Source: Candidatus Latescibacterota bacterium
GTDB lineage: Bacteria; Latescibacterota; UBA2968
DNA: 64,000 nt
Direction: 5' to 3'
NCBI GenBank assembly: GCA_965204375.1
Contig: OZ241986.1
Span: 5,440,001 to 5,504,000, forward strand
The notes beneath the pieces were generated by a model. The model had not been told where the DNA came from, did no database searches, and saw only the letters and a program-made list of their open reading frames with translations. Positions 20,369-29,448 of the stretch are shown here, one piece after another. Both the position numbers and the translations under genes were made by a program. Each line of letters starts with the position of its first letter. Position 1 is the stretch's first letter.

Positions 20369-20962
20369 GTGGCTGATTTTGATGAACGAGACCTGATTCG
20401 TCTATGCCAAAAGGGCGATATGCAGGCTTTCCGCCATCTGGTTGAACATTATGAAGACCGAATTTACGGTCTGGCGTGTTCGATTCTCGGTGATCCGGAA
20501 GCGGCAAGGGATGCGGCGCAAGAGGCGTTTGTCAGAGTGTATAAAGCACTGGGGAATTTTGAGGGGCGGTCGAGTTTTTACACGTATTTGTATCGCATTG
20601 CCACCAATGTTTGTCTCACGTTTGCCCAGCGCGAGCAACGGCGGCCCGATAGGATTTCGATAGAAGGGATGCAAGAGGTGAATGAGATGACGCTGGATCG
20701 GTTTTTGGGTACGGATGAACCGCAAAATGATATTGAGCGCATTGGTTTGCGCGAGGAGATTCAAGAGGTGCTGGATCAGCTGTCGCCCGATCATCGCGCG
20801 GTGGTGATTATGAAAGATATAGAGGGTTTTTCTCAAGAGGAAATCGCCGATGTTTTGGATGTTTCTGTCGGCACTGTTAAGTCGAGACTTTCGCGGGCAC
20901 GGGCGCGTTTACGCGATTTGCTGATGCCGCTGTACCGCGAATGGCAAGGGGAGGATATATGA
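20369..20962 (+). CDS. ECF sigma-70 factor (RpoE/SigW-like)
   Basis: DAAQEAF...FYTYLYRIATN region 2; EEIADVLDVSVGTVKSRLSRAR region 4. Confidence 0.93.
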   Translation: MADFDERDLIRLCQKGDMQAFRHLVEHYEDRIYGLACSILGDPEAARDAAQEAFVRVYKALGNFEGRSSFYTYLYRIATNVCLTFAQREQRRPDRISIEGMQEVNEMTLDRFLGTDEPQNDIERIGLREEIQEVLDQLSPDHRAVVIMKDIEGFSQEEIADVLDVSVGTVKSRLSRARARLRDLLMPLYREWQGEDI

Positions 20963-21357
20963 CTGATCGCGATAAATTGTTGCTCTATGTTGACGGTAAT
21001 TTGTCTGCGGAGCACGCACGCGAGATTGAAGCGCGGATAGCAGAAGACGCTGAGTTTCGCGCCGAATACGATTTGCTTCGCCATGTGCAGAGACGGTTGA
21101 GTCAGCGTCCGATGGAGCCTTCGCCGGGATTGTGGGATGGCGTTCAGGCACAAATTCGGGAAGAGAGTTTATGGAATAGTCTGGTCTGGGCGGGCAAACG
21201 CCTCGTGCCTTTGGCCGCTGCCGCTGCTGTTATTTTTATGGTGCTGATAGATAATGGAGATACCGAGGCAAATACGGTGTCCGATTATTTTGATTCGCAA
21301 ACCGAGATGGTGCTGTCGGAGGTGCAAACCGATAGCCTGATTATCTATCCCGAGTAA
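20959..21357 (+). CDS. Membrane-bound anti-sigma factor
   Basis: ATGA overlap with the sigma gene; LLLYVDGNL...EIEARI anti-sigma-like N-terminus; one TM segment. Confidence 0.75.
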   Translation: MTDRDKLLLYVDGNLSAEHAREIEARIAEDAEFRAEYDLLRHVQRRLSQRPMEPSPGLWDGVQAQIREESLWNSLVWAGKRLVPLAAAAAVIFMVLIDNGDTEANTVSDYFDSQTEMVLSEVQTDSLIIYPE

Positions 21358-21371
21358 ACAAAGGGACTATC

Positions 21372-21818
21372 ATGTTTTCTTTTTCTCCTCGCACACAGGC
21401 CATTCTTTTATTTATGGGTATTTTTGCCCTGGGGCTGGTGTGTGGTACGATTGTCGAGCGCAAGTTTTTACGCTCACCCGGTTCTGGTTCACCTGGGGCG
21501 CGTGGTGGACGTCCTTATGACTACAACCGCATGATTGAGCGATTGAGCGATGATCTCGCTCTGTCGGATGAGCAAAAAAGCGCTGTGCGGACTGCATTTC
21601 AGGAACACCGGCGCGAGATCGAAACGATGCGCCGACAGATTGGCGAAGATATGCGCTCTCAGGAGCAAAAATTGCGCGAGAAGTTGAAGACGATTCTCAC
21701 GCCTGAGCAGTTTGTAAAATTTGAAGAAAGAAACAAACGTCGAGGATTTCGCGGCCGAGGTGGCGGTCGCAGAGGTCCTCCGGGAGACCGTCCACCCGGT
21801 TCCCGCAGAGGGCCATGA
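21372..21818 (+). CDS. Spy/CpxP-like periplasmic protein (heavy-metal sensor family)
   Basis: N-terminal TM; LALSDEQ and ILTPEQ LTxxQ motifs. Confidence 0.75.
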   Translation: MFSFSPRTQAILLFMGIFALGLVCGTIVERKFLRSPGSGSPGARGGRPYDYNRMIERLSDDLALSDEQKSAVRTAFQEHRREIETMRRQIGEDMRSQEQKLREKLKTILTPEQFVKFEERNKRRGFRGRGGGRRGPPGDRPPGSRRGP

Positions 21819-21934
21819 CCAGCGATCTTTCGCGTTGTGAACAGATGCCGGCCTGAACATAGCCGAGGGTTGTTCGATTTTTACCACAGGCAGCATGTTG
21901 GGAATCTGCTGTTTAACCATGAGGAGTTGGTATC

Positions 21935-22648
21935 ATGAAACGCAAAATTATCTACGCAGTTATCGGTGTTTTTGTTATTGGCATGATTGGAAATGTCAAT
22001 GCAGAAGATCATAGAGGCAATCGTCGCGGTATGCGCGGTATGGCGGCACTGGAACTGACGGATGAGCAGAAGGAAAAGATGTCTGATCTGCGTTCTGCCC
22101 ATCAAAAGGCGATGGTCGATTTGCGCGCGGTACATGCGAAAGCGCGGATTGATTTGGGCGCGATTCGCAGGCAGGACAATCCATCGGCTTCGGATATTCA
22201 GGCTAAGGTCGATGCGGTGACGGCGGCGCAGGGGAAAATTATGGTGCGCGAAATTCAGCACAATATGGATATTAGAAATGTGCTGACCGCTGAACAAAAG
22301 GAGAAGCTCAGTGAGATGCGCGGCAGACGAGGGGTGCGCGGTGGTCCGGATTTCAGAGGTCGTGGTGGTCCTGGGTTCAGAGGTGACGATGGTCCTCGGT
22401 TCAGAGGTCGTGGCGGGCCTGGATTCAGGGGGCGCGGTGGTCCGGGTTTCAGAGGCCGTGGTCCGGGTTTCAGAGGCCGTGGTCCGGGTTTCAGAGGTGA
22501 CGATGGTCCCCGATTCAGGGGCCGCGGCTGGTTTCGCGGACGCCGAGGTGGAGATCGCGATCAGATGAAAAAGGAATCTGAGGCTCAGGAGAAGTCCGAG
22601 ATGCAAGAGAAGTCCGAACATCACAGTGAAGAATCGTCAGAGATGTAG
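21935..22648 (+). CDS. Spy/CpxP family chaperone with long Gly/Arg/Phe repeat tail
   Basis: Signal peptide; LELTDEQ and VLTAEQ motifs; (GPGFRGR/D)n tail. Confidence 0.8.
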   Translation: MKRKIIYAVIGVFVIGMIGNVNAEDHRGNRRGMRGMAALELTDEQKEKMSDLRSAHQKAMVDLRAVHAKARIDLGAIRRQDNPSASDIQAKVDAVTAAQGKIMVREIQHNMDIRNVLTAEQKEKLSEMRGRRGVRGGPDFRGRGGPGFRGDDGPRFRGRGGPGFRGRGGPGFRGRGPGFRGRGPGFRGDDGPRFRGRGWFRGRRGGDRDQMKKESEAQEKSEMQEKSEHHSEESSEM

Positions 22649-22678
22649 AGCATCGCAACAACGCCAGTAATCCGGATT

Positions 22679-22705
22679 GTAGGGGCGAGGCATGCCTCGC
22701 CCTAC
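22679..22705. repeat. REP-like palindrome family B (GTAGGGGCG...)
   Basis: Related copies at 29460, 30867, 39409, 39442, 46384, 50456 and 53789; GTAG tetranucleotide plus GC palindrome. Confidence 0.8.
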
Positions 22706-22722
22706 TTTACCATTTGAACGCA

Positions 22723-22758
22723 TAAGCGCGGCGGGTTTTTTCCCGTCGCGCTTTTTTT
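22723..22758 (+). terminator. Rho-independent terminator
   Basis: AAGCGCGGCGGG...CCCGTCGCGCTT plus T run. Confidence 0.75.
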
Positions 22759-22912
22759 ATTGGTATGAAAATTGCATTTGTGCGTATAATGAATAAAATC
22801 CCCGCTAAAACCGCGCTTGCATGTGGTGTTTTCGCTACAGGTGTGAATTTGATTCACACAGCGCGTGATCGCGTCTCGCGCAGAGACAACCCAAATAGGA
22901 GGGAAAATAGCC

Positions 22913-23776
22913 ATGAGGACATGTTGCACCTTTTTTTGCTTGCTCGTTTTGAGTGTTTCAACTGTGCAGGGTCAGGCACCCAGTTTTGCTCCCCAGGCGC
23001 AGTCGTTTTCGTTGGACGGTCAGAGTGGCAATGCGTCATCAGTCTGGATTGGCGATGTGGAACGCTATGAGGGTGAAGATGCACGCAAAATGATTGTTGC
23101 CAAAGATCGCTATGTGCGCGTGACCTATCGCAAGGAGGATGGCAAGACGGAGATAGCAGAGGGATTTGTCCGTGCGATGGATGAGACCGAGTTGACGATT
23201 TATCAGGGCGGCTTACGTAAGCGTATCGCACGAGAAAAGATTGTGGTGCTGATGGTCTGCGATTATCCAAGCCAACTTCAGCGTGCCGAGACTTCCATTG
23301 TAACACCTGCTTCAGGTATCACACACCGTATAGGGATGATGGACCCCAACAGTCGGATAGCCATGAAGGCGGGTAGTGGTCTTACGGTAGGCGTCCTTTT
23401 ATCAATCTTGGGTTTCCATGCAGGGGTACATATCGTCGACGACAATTGCGAAACCTTAGCATGCGCTTATGGCAAGGGGGCCATAGGTCTGTTGGCTGGC
23501 TATACAATCGGCGTGGCTACCGGTGTGAGCATGGTGGATGCTTATGATCAGTTTACGAGTTCGTTTGTGGGCTCTTTCATAGGAGCCGGAGCAGGTATTG
23601 GACTGGCCTATGTTGATGTTGAATTGTCGGCGGTAGCCGTTTTAGCTTTTCCAATTATCGGTGCGTTAATCGGCTCTGAGTTATCGCGCAGACCGCCTGA
23701 CGCGAGCTATTTTTCTGTGGGTGTGGTGCCCCACAGCAATGATCGTATCGCAGTGGCTGCGACCCTGCGCTTTTAG
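22913..23776 (+). CDS. Hypothetical exported/membrane protein
   Basis: SD AGGAGG; signal peptide; Gly-rich hydrophobic helices; ends TLRF. Confidence 0.7.
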   Translation: MRTCCTFFCLLVLSVSTVQGQAPSFAPQAQSFSLDGQSGNASSVWIGDVERYEGEDARKMIVAKDRYVRVTYRKEDGKTEIAEGFVRAMDETELTIYQGGLRKRIAREKIVVLMVCDYPSQLQRAETSIVTPASGITHRIGMMDPNSRIAMKAGSGLTVGVLLSILGFHAGVHIVDDNCETLACAYGKGAIGLLAGYTIGVATGVSMVDAYDQFTSSFVGSFIGAGAGIGLAYVDVELSAVAVLAFPIIGALIGSELSRRPPDASYFSVGVVPHSNDRIAVAATLRF

Positions 23777-23805
23777 GCATGTTCAATATTTAACAAAAGG
23801 TAGCT

Positions 23806-24591
23806 ATGATTCACATTATTATTTTTATGATAGGCTTTTTTGTTTTTCCAGGTGTTGTGCAAGCGCAGGATCGCGTTGCCGTGGATATGGGGAGCGATTG
23901 GCTTCGGCGCGATTGGGACGATTGCGGCGAGAATGTTACAGGGCAATATCGAGATGGTGTGTTTGCGATTCGCAGCGATCATGCGGCGGCGCTTTTCTGG
24001 CAGGTGCCGACAAAGAATGGCACGGCGTTGGCTGTTGATCGCAGTCAGGATTGGATCAGGCGCTGTGACCGCCCGCCCAGGGGATTTGGGGAGGATGTCC
24101 GCAAACAGGCGCAGGGGCAGTATGATCTCATATCTGCAACTGAGTATCCATATCTTTCATGGCGGTGGCGGGTCAGCAATACGATTGATGATAGCGATAC
24201 GGCGGATCACAAAGGAAAAATTAAGAAGTCGGGCGATGATTTTGCAGCGAAGATCGGTATTTCGGTTCTCAATAATAGGGGGAAGTTGCGGGAGGTTGCC
24301 TATCTCTGGACGCGGACCATACCCGAGGAGACTTCGCTGACACAGGTGACGTCTGTTGCGCTGGGGATTGTCAAATATGAGTGGTACCGCATTGTTGCCG
24401 AGAGCGGGGATCAAAATGTGAATCAATGGGTTGGAGAATCGCGCAATTTTTACAGGGATTTCAAACGCTTTTATCCCGATGAAGAACCCGCAGAGGTTGT
24501 GCGCGTGTATCTTATGTCTGACTCAGATAATACGGGTAGTAAAGTGACGGGCGCGTTTGCGGATCTCGTTTTTCATCGGAAGCGACCTTAG
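23806..24591 (+). CDS. DUF3047-like secreted protein
   Basis: YPYLSWRWRV, GDDFAAK, WVGESRNFYRDFKRFY, MSDSDNT. Confidence 0.75.
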   Translation: MIHIIIFMIGFFVFPGVVQAQDRVAVDMGSDWLRRDWDDCGENVTGQYRDGVFAIRSDHAAALFWQVPTKNGTALAVDRSQDWIRRCDRPPRGFGEDVRKQAQGQYDLISATEYPYLSWRWRVSNTIDDSDTADHKGKIKKSGDDFAAKIGISVLNNRGKLREVAYLWTRTIPEETSLTQVTSVALGIVKYEWYRIVAESGDQNVNQWVGESRNFYRDFKRFYPDEEPAEVVRVYLMSDSDNTGSKVTGAFADLVFHRKRP

Positions 24592-24605
24592 CGCGAAAAA
24601 CCCGC

Positions 24606-24634
24606 TTGACTTTACTGTATCCCCGATATATCTT
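24606..24634 (+). promoter_or_regulatory. Sigma70-type promoter of the uORF-VOC leader
   Basis: TTGACT-17 nt-TATCTT. Confidence 0.6.
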
Positions 24635-24675
24635 CTGCACCATTCAGTTTTATTCGCAGATATAGTGAGAGTAAT

Positions 24676-24864
24676 ATGATTTTTGTAACCCACCAGAATA
24701 ATACCCAGCAAATGATGGATAACTGCGCCATCAGTGCAACCGTGCTGATGTCATTTATCCGTGCTACTGGCCATGCGTGCCCGGAAAGTGGCATTAATCT
24801 CGCGGTTTTCACGGGTAATGACAAAAATATTATTGGCGGGTTCAAAATGAGACGACAGACTTAA
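24676..24864 (+). CDS. Putative 62-aa regulatory uORF/leader peptide
   Basis: Lies between a promoter and a terminator; its 3' end contains a strand complementary to the terminator 5' arm. Confidence 0.5.
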   Translation: MIFVTHQNNTQQMMDNCAISATVLMSFIRATGHACPESGINLAVFTGNDKNIIGGFKMRRQT

Positions 24865-24888
24865 GTGCAAATGAGTCTTGCAAAAACG

Positions 24889-24920
24889 AACCCGCTGAAG
24901 ATGCTTCGGCGGGTTTTTTT
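24889..24920 (+). terminator. Attenuator-type terminator upstream of the VOC gene
   Basis: AACCCGCTGAAG-ATG-CTTCGGCGGGTT plus T run. Confidence 0.85.
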
Positions 24921-24962
24921 GTTGGTGGTTAGCTACCCCTTTGGGCAGAAAGGACATGCAAG

Positions 24963-25424
24963 GTGGAATCCGATTTCGACTACCAGATGCCGTCCTATAC
25001 AACTCTGATGGTTCACGATCTCAATATATCTACACGCTGGTATTGCGATACGCTCGGTTTTTCTCTGGTTTCACAGATGCCAGGTGCGAATGGCGATCCG
25101 ATTATGTCTCATTTGCGCTGGGCACCCCATGCGGATTTGATTCTGATGGAGGAGGGGCCAAACTCCTTGATAGCGTCCATAAGGGGTGCGGGCGTTACGC
25201 TCAATTTTACGGTGTTGCGCGAGTCGGTTGACGCGATTGCCGAACGGGTGCGACGCGATGGCAATGTCCAGGTTTCCGGTCCGCACGATCGCCCGTGGAA
25301 TGCGCGCGAGGTTATTGTGATAGATCCCAATGGGTATCGGCTGAATTTCACAGAGCCGCTACGCGCACCTGTTGATGGCGATGATTTGGTGGATGAGGTT
25401 AAAAAAGAAATCACTTTGAACTGA
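24963..25424 (+). CDS. VOC/glyoxalase/bleomycin-resistance family protein
   Basis: LMVHDLNISTRWYCDTLGF and PHDRPWNAREVIVIDPNGYRLNF. Confidence 0.88.
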   Translation: MESDFDYQMPSYTTLMVHDLNISTRWYCDTLGFSLVSQMPGANGDPIMSHLRWAPHADLILMEEGPNSLIASIRGAGVTLNFTVLRESVDAIAERVRRDGNVQVSGPHDRPWNAREVIVIDPNGYRLNFTEPLRAPVDGDDLVDEVKKEITLN

Positions 25425-25440
25425 TAGGAGACGACGATCC

Positions 25441-27021
25441 ATGCCCGAATTGTCCTGGTCTTTTCCGTATGCTTCCCAACGCATGCCGGTTATGGCGTGC
25501 AATGTGGTTGCGACATCTCAACCGCTGGCCGCTCAGGCTGGGTTGCGGATGTTGCTCAAGGGGGGCAATGCCGTAGATGCTGCTCTGGCGACAGCGATGG
25601 CGCTTACGGTTGTTGAACCCAATATGAATGGTATAGGTAGCGATGCGTTTTGCATTTTGTGGGATGGTGAGCAAATGTATGGTCTCAATGCATCGGGGCG
25701 TTCCCCAAAAGCGTGGTCGCCCGAATTGTTTGCAGCCCATGCTCAGATGCCCCAGCGCGGTTGGGATGCCGTGACTGTGCCTGGCTGTGTTTCGGCATGG
25801 GCCGAGGCTTCAGAGCGGTTTGGCGTGTTGCCGTTTGAGGCGTTGTTTGAACCCGCGATTCACTATGCCCGCGATGGTTTTGTTATTTCGCCTATTACCG
25901 GGCATAGTTGGGCACAGGCTGTGTATAATTATGGCGATATGCCCGATTGGATGGCGACTTTTGCACCCGGGGGGCGTGCGCCGAAAATTGGGGAGAAATT
26001 TGTGTGTGAAGCGCAGGCGCGTACGCTTGAGCGGATTGCGGAGACTAAAGGAGAGGCGTTCTATGCGGGTGATCTGGCAGAGAAGATCGCTGCGCATGCA
26101 AAACGCACTGGCGGTGCGATGACAGAAGAAGATCTGGCAGAGCATCGGGCAGATTGGATGGATACGATGACGATGGATTTCGGGGATTATACGCTGCACG
26201 AAATTCCTCCAAATGGTCAGGGTATTGCGGCACTGATTGCACTGGGGATACTGGAGAATTGGGATTTGTCCGGGTATGCCGTTGATTCGGCAGATAGTTT
26301 ACATCTTCAGATTGAGGCGATGAAGTTGGCGTATGCGGATACGCACAGGTATGTGTCTGATCCGGGTACGCGGGATATTGAGTTCGCGCAGTTGCTCGAT
26401 CCGGATTATCTGGCGCAACGCGCGAGGTTGATTGATCTGAAAAGGGCAGGGATGCCCACTTTTGGCATGCCGCGTGGCGATACGGTTTATCTTACGGCGG
26501 CAGATGAAGATGGGATGATGGTTTCGTTTATTCAGTCCAATTATATGGGTTTTGGATCTGGTATTGTGATTCCGGATACGGGTATTAGCATGCAGAACCG
26601 GGGCGCGGGTTTTGTTTTGACGGAGGGCCATCCCAATCGCGTGGATGGGGGCAAGCGACCGTATCATACGATTATTCCGGCGTTTGCGACCCGAGAGGGC
26701 CAACCTGTGATGTCTTTCGGCGTTATGGGCGGGCATATGCAGCCGCAAGGTCACGCGCAGATGATGATTCGGATTTTTGCTTATGGTCAAAATCCACAGG
26801 CTGCGTGCGATGCGCCCCGATGGCAGGTTTTTGGCGGTTTGAGTGTGGGTATTGAGCCAGGTGTGGATGCGGGTGTGCTGGACGATCTTCGCGCCCGCGG
26901 GCACGATATCGAAATTCCGTCGGCTATTGGATATGGTGGGGGTCAACTCATTTATAAATTGGACGATGGCTATTGCGCGGCTTCCGATCCTCGTAAGGAT
27001 GGCCTGGCAGTGGGGTATTGA
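25441..27021 (+). CDS. ggt: Gamma-glutamyltransferase family protein
   Basis: GGNAVDAA, NASGRSP, GDTVYL (Thr nucleophile), KRPYHTIIP, GVMGGHMQPQG, SDPRKDG. Confidence 0.93.
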   Translation: MPELSWSFPYASQRMPVMACNVVATSQPLAAQAGLRMLLKGGNAVDAALATAMALTVVEPNMNGIGSDAFCILWDGEQMYGLNASGRSPKAWSPELFAAHAQMPQRGWDAVTVPGCVSAWAEASERFGVLPFEALFEPAIHYARDGFVISPITGHSWAQAVYNYGDMPDWMATFAPGGRAPKIGEKFVCEAQARTLERIAETKGEAFYAGDLAEKIAAHAKRTGGAMTEEDLAEHRADWMDTMTMDFGDYTLHEIPPNGQGIAALIALGILENWDLSGYAVDSADSLHLQIEAMKLAYADTHRYVSDPGTRDIEFAQLLDPDYLAQRARLIDLKRAGMPTFGMPRGDTVYLTAADEDGMMVSFIQSNYMGFGSGIVIPDTGISMQNRGAGFVLTEGHPNRVDGGKRPYHTIIPAFATREGQPVMSFGVMGGHMQPQGHAQMMIRIFAYGQNPQAACDAPRWQVFGGLSVGIEPGVDAGVLDDLRARGHDIEIPSAIGYGGGQLIYKLDDGYCAASDPRKDGLAVGY

Positions 27022-27029
27022 AAACACTG

Positions 27030-27068
27030 TCAGAATCAGGATTTTCAGGATGAAAGGATGAGCAGGAT
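27030..27068. repeat. (CAGGAT)-type 9-nt periodic intergenic repeat
   Basis: TCAGAATCAGGATTTTCAGGATGAAAGGATGAGCAGGAT; an inverted relative lies at about 29690-29731. Confidence 0.6.
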
Positions 27069-27124
27069 ACCCCCAATCCCCTTAGACCAGGAGTCAGGTT
27101 CGACATCAAATAAATGGAATTCCA

Positions 27125-27859
27125 ATGAATAAACGCAAAGATACAGCCTGGCAGGCGCGGGATCTGGCGCAGAAATATCTGAAAAATATTCGGCAGGCAA
27201 TTCCGTTGTCCGATGAGCAGATTGCCGTTATGTGCCGGGTGATCAATGCGGATGGTCACAGGGTCGATACTGTGCTGGACCTGGGGTGTGGAGATGGCAT
27301 ACTCGGGGCTGCGGTTATTGAATATCATCCGGAGGCGCGCGGCGTGTTTGTAGATTTTTCTGAGGCTATGATTGAGGCTGCGCGGAAACGGTTTGGGGGA
27401 ACGGCTTCACAGCATCGTTTTGTTATTGGGGATTATGCGACATCCGATTGGCTCAGTCTGATTATAGATGACGCGCCGTATGATGCGATTGTGTCGGGTT
27501 TTTCAATTCATCACCAGAGCGATGAGCGCAAACGCGAGGTTTATGGCGAGATTTTTGATCTGCTATCGCCCAATGGCGTGTTTGTCAATGTCGAGCATGT
27601 TCGCTCTCCGTCGAAGTGGGTTGAGTCGCGTTTTGCAGATCGCTTTATTGATGCGCTTTACGATTCTGTCACGCGGAGAGACCCGAACGCATCTCGCGAT
27701 GAAATCGCGCGGGCTTATTATTATCGCGATGACAAACAGGCGAATATTCTCGCGTCTGTTGAAGATCAATGCGAATGGCTCAGAGCCATTGGGTTTTCAG
27801 ATGTAGATTGTTATTTCAAGCTGTTTGAACTCGCTGTTTTTGGCGGGAGAAAAGTTTAA
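27125..27859 (+). CDS. Class I SAM-dependent methyltransferase
   Basis: VLDLGCGDG motif I; YDAIVSGFSIHH; LSPNGVFV. Confidence 0.9.
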   Translation: MNKRKDTAWQARDLAQKYLKNIRQAIPLSDEQIAVMCRVINADGHRVDTVLDLGCGDGILGAAVIEYHPEARGVFVDFSEAMIEAARKRFGGTASQHRFVIGDYATSDWLSLIIDDAPYDAIVSGFSIHHQSDERKREVYGEIFDLLSPNGVFVNVEHVRSPSKWVESRFADRFIDALYDSVTRRDPNASRDEIARAYYYRDDKQANILASVEDQCEWLRAIGFSDVDCYFKLFELAVFGGRKV

Positions 27860-27866
27860 AAAAGCA

Positions 27867-27929
27867 CGAATCAACGGAACGGGGTACAACTGGCCGTCTC
27901 TCAGGCCAGTTCATCAACGAATCAACGAA
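27867..27929. repeat. About 60-bp hairpin-containing element with an inverted copy at 29781-29843
   Basis: ACGGAACGG(G/T)GTACAACTGGCCG(T/C)CTCTCAGGCCAGTTCATCAACGAA matches the reverse complement of 29781-29843. Confidence 0.85.
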
Positions 27930-27955
27930 AATGTAGTATTTACCGGGTGAATATC

Positions 27956-28045
27956 ATGTACATACACTATTTCCAAATCGCCCAATTCATTGGCAATAAT
28001 AATGACGATAATAATCCGATCCGGCGACGGGCTGGACCGGCATAG
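27956..28045 (+). CDS. aspS leader peptide with Asn/Asp codon cluster
   Basis: MYIHYFQIAQFIGNNNDDNNPIRRRAGPA*: seven consecutive Asn/Asp codons (AAT AAT AAT GAC GAT AAT AAT). Confidence 0.85.
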   Translation: MYIHYFQIAQFIGNNNDDNNPIRRRAGPA

Positions 28046-28075
28046 GTCGTCTTGTGCCAGCATGTAGAGTAAAGT

Positions 28076-28112
28076 GCCCGTTGTCAAAAAAATGTGACAA
28101 CGGGCTTTTTTT
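28076..28112 (+). terminator. aspS attenuator terminator
   Basis: GCCCGTTGTCA...TGACAACGGGC plus T7. The antiterminator strand GGCGACGGGC (28023-28032) pairs with 28076-28085. Confidence 0.88.
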
Positions 28113-28140
28113 GTGCCTGAAATTCAAAAAGGAGTCTGTC

Positions 28141-29448
28141 ATGAAATACATCGCAATATCTGAACTGTCCAAATACATCGGCCAAACCGTTACGCTTCAC
28201 GGATGGGTGCATGCCCTGCGCGACCAGAAGCATGTCCAGTTTCTCATTTTGAGAAATCGCACGGGAAGTGTACAGGTTGTTCACGAAAAGACAGGGGCGT
28301 TGGCAGAGCGGGTTTCTGCTCTCACGCGAGAATCGGCGGTGACTATAAGCGGATGTGTTGTAGAAAATTCAGGTGTTCGTCTGGGTGGTGTAGAGATTCA
28401 GCTTGAGGAACTGCGTGTTGTCAATGTAGCTGAATCTCCTTTACCCCTGGATCCGTTTTCCGAGAGTGCATCGGGTATCGACCATAGGCTGGATTGGCGG
28501 CATCTCGATCTTCGCGCTCCGCGCAATCGGTTGATTTTTGAGATACAGACCACTGTTGAAATAGCGATGCGCGAGTACTGGATGCAGAATCATTTTGTCG
28601 AGATCCACTCTCCCAAACTGATGGGTACAGCCAGTGAGTCGGGGGCTGAGTTGTTCGCGCTGCCGTATTTCAATTCCACAGCCTATTTGGCGCAATCGCC
28701 CCAGTTTTACAAACAGATGGCAATGGCGTCCGGTTTTGATCGCGTGTTTGAGATTGCGCCGGTTTTTCGCGCCGATCCCTCATTTACTTCGCGCCACACG
28801 ACAGAGTTTACCAGTGTGGATGTCGAGATCGCCTGGATTGATGGTCACGAGGATGTGATGGCATTTGAAGAAGCGTGGCTCCAGTATGTTATTCAAGTAG
28901 TGCGAGAAAGACACGGTGACGCTATTGCTGAAAATTACGGCGTTGAACTCACGGTGCCAGTGCTGCCTTTTCCGCGCGTCACGATGGCCGAGGCATTGAA
29001 GGTGTTGTCTGAACAGGGCCACGCGCCAGAGCGAGAAGGCGACCTCGATCCAAAGGGCGAGCGTTTGCTCGGTGAATATATTCGCGAAACCCGGGGATGC
29101 GATTATGTCTTTGTGATAGACTATCCAGTATCTGTGCGGCCATTTTACCACATGCGTCATCCAGAATATCCAGATTTGACCAGGAGTTTTGACCTGCTCT
29201 ATCGCGGTGTGGAAATTACCACAGGGGCGCAACGCGAACACCGTCCCGATGTTCTGAGGACTCAGGCAAGAGAGAAAGGGCTGGATTTAGAGGTTATCCA
29301 GTTTTATCTCGATTTTTTTAAGTACGGATGTCCTCCGCACGGGGGATTTGGTTTTGGCCTGTCGCGCCTGCTTATGGTTATGCTCGGGTTGTCCAATGTG
29401 CGCGAGACGACTTTTTTGTCCCGCACACCCAATAGGTTGCATCCATGA
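28141..29448 (+). CDS. aspS: Aspartate--tRNA(Asp/Asn) ligase, short archaeal-type non-discriminating AspRS
   Basis: About 435 aa; GWVHALRD, YLAQSPQFYKQ, FRADPSFTSRH, EITTGAQREH, PPHGGFGFGLSR; no GAD insertion; SD AAGGAG. Confidence 0.93.
   Translation: MKYIAISELSKYIGQTVTLHGWVHALRDQKHVQFLILRNRTGSVQVVHEKTGALAERVSALTRESAVTISGCVVENSGVRLGGVEIQLEELRVVNVAESPLPLDPFSESASGIDHRLDWRHLDLRAPRNRLIFEIQTTVEIAMREYWMQNHFVEIHSPKLMGTASESGAELFALPYFNSTAYLAQSPQFYKQMAMASGFDRVFEIAPVFRADPSFTSRHTTEFTSVDVEIAWIDGHEDVMAFEEAWLQYVIQVVRERHGDAIAENYGVELTVPVLPFPRVTMAEALKVLSEQGHAPEREGDLDPKGERLLGEYIRETRGCDYVFVIDYPVSVRPFYHMRHPEYPDLTRSFDLLYRGVEITTGAQREHRPDVLRTQAREKGLDLEVIQFYLDFFKYGCPPHGGFGFGLSRLLMVMLGLSNVRETTFLSRTPNRLHP

Noticed and set aside
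28054-28140. Called N-terminal extension of aspS
   Set aside because: It spans the attenuator terminator; ATG28141 has SD AAGGAG.
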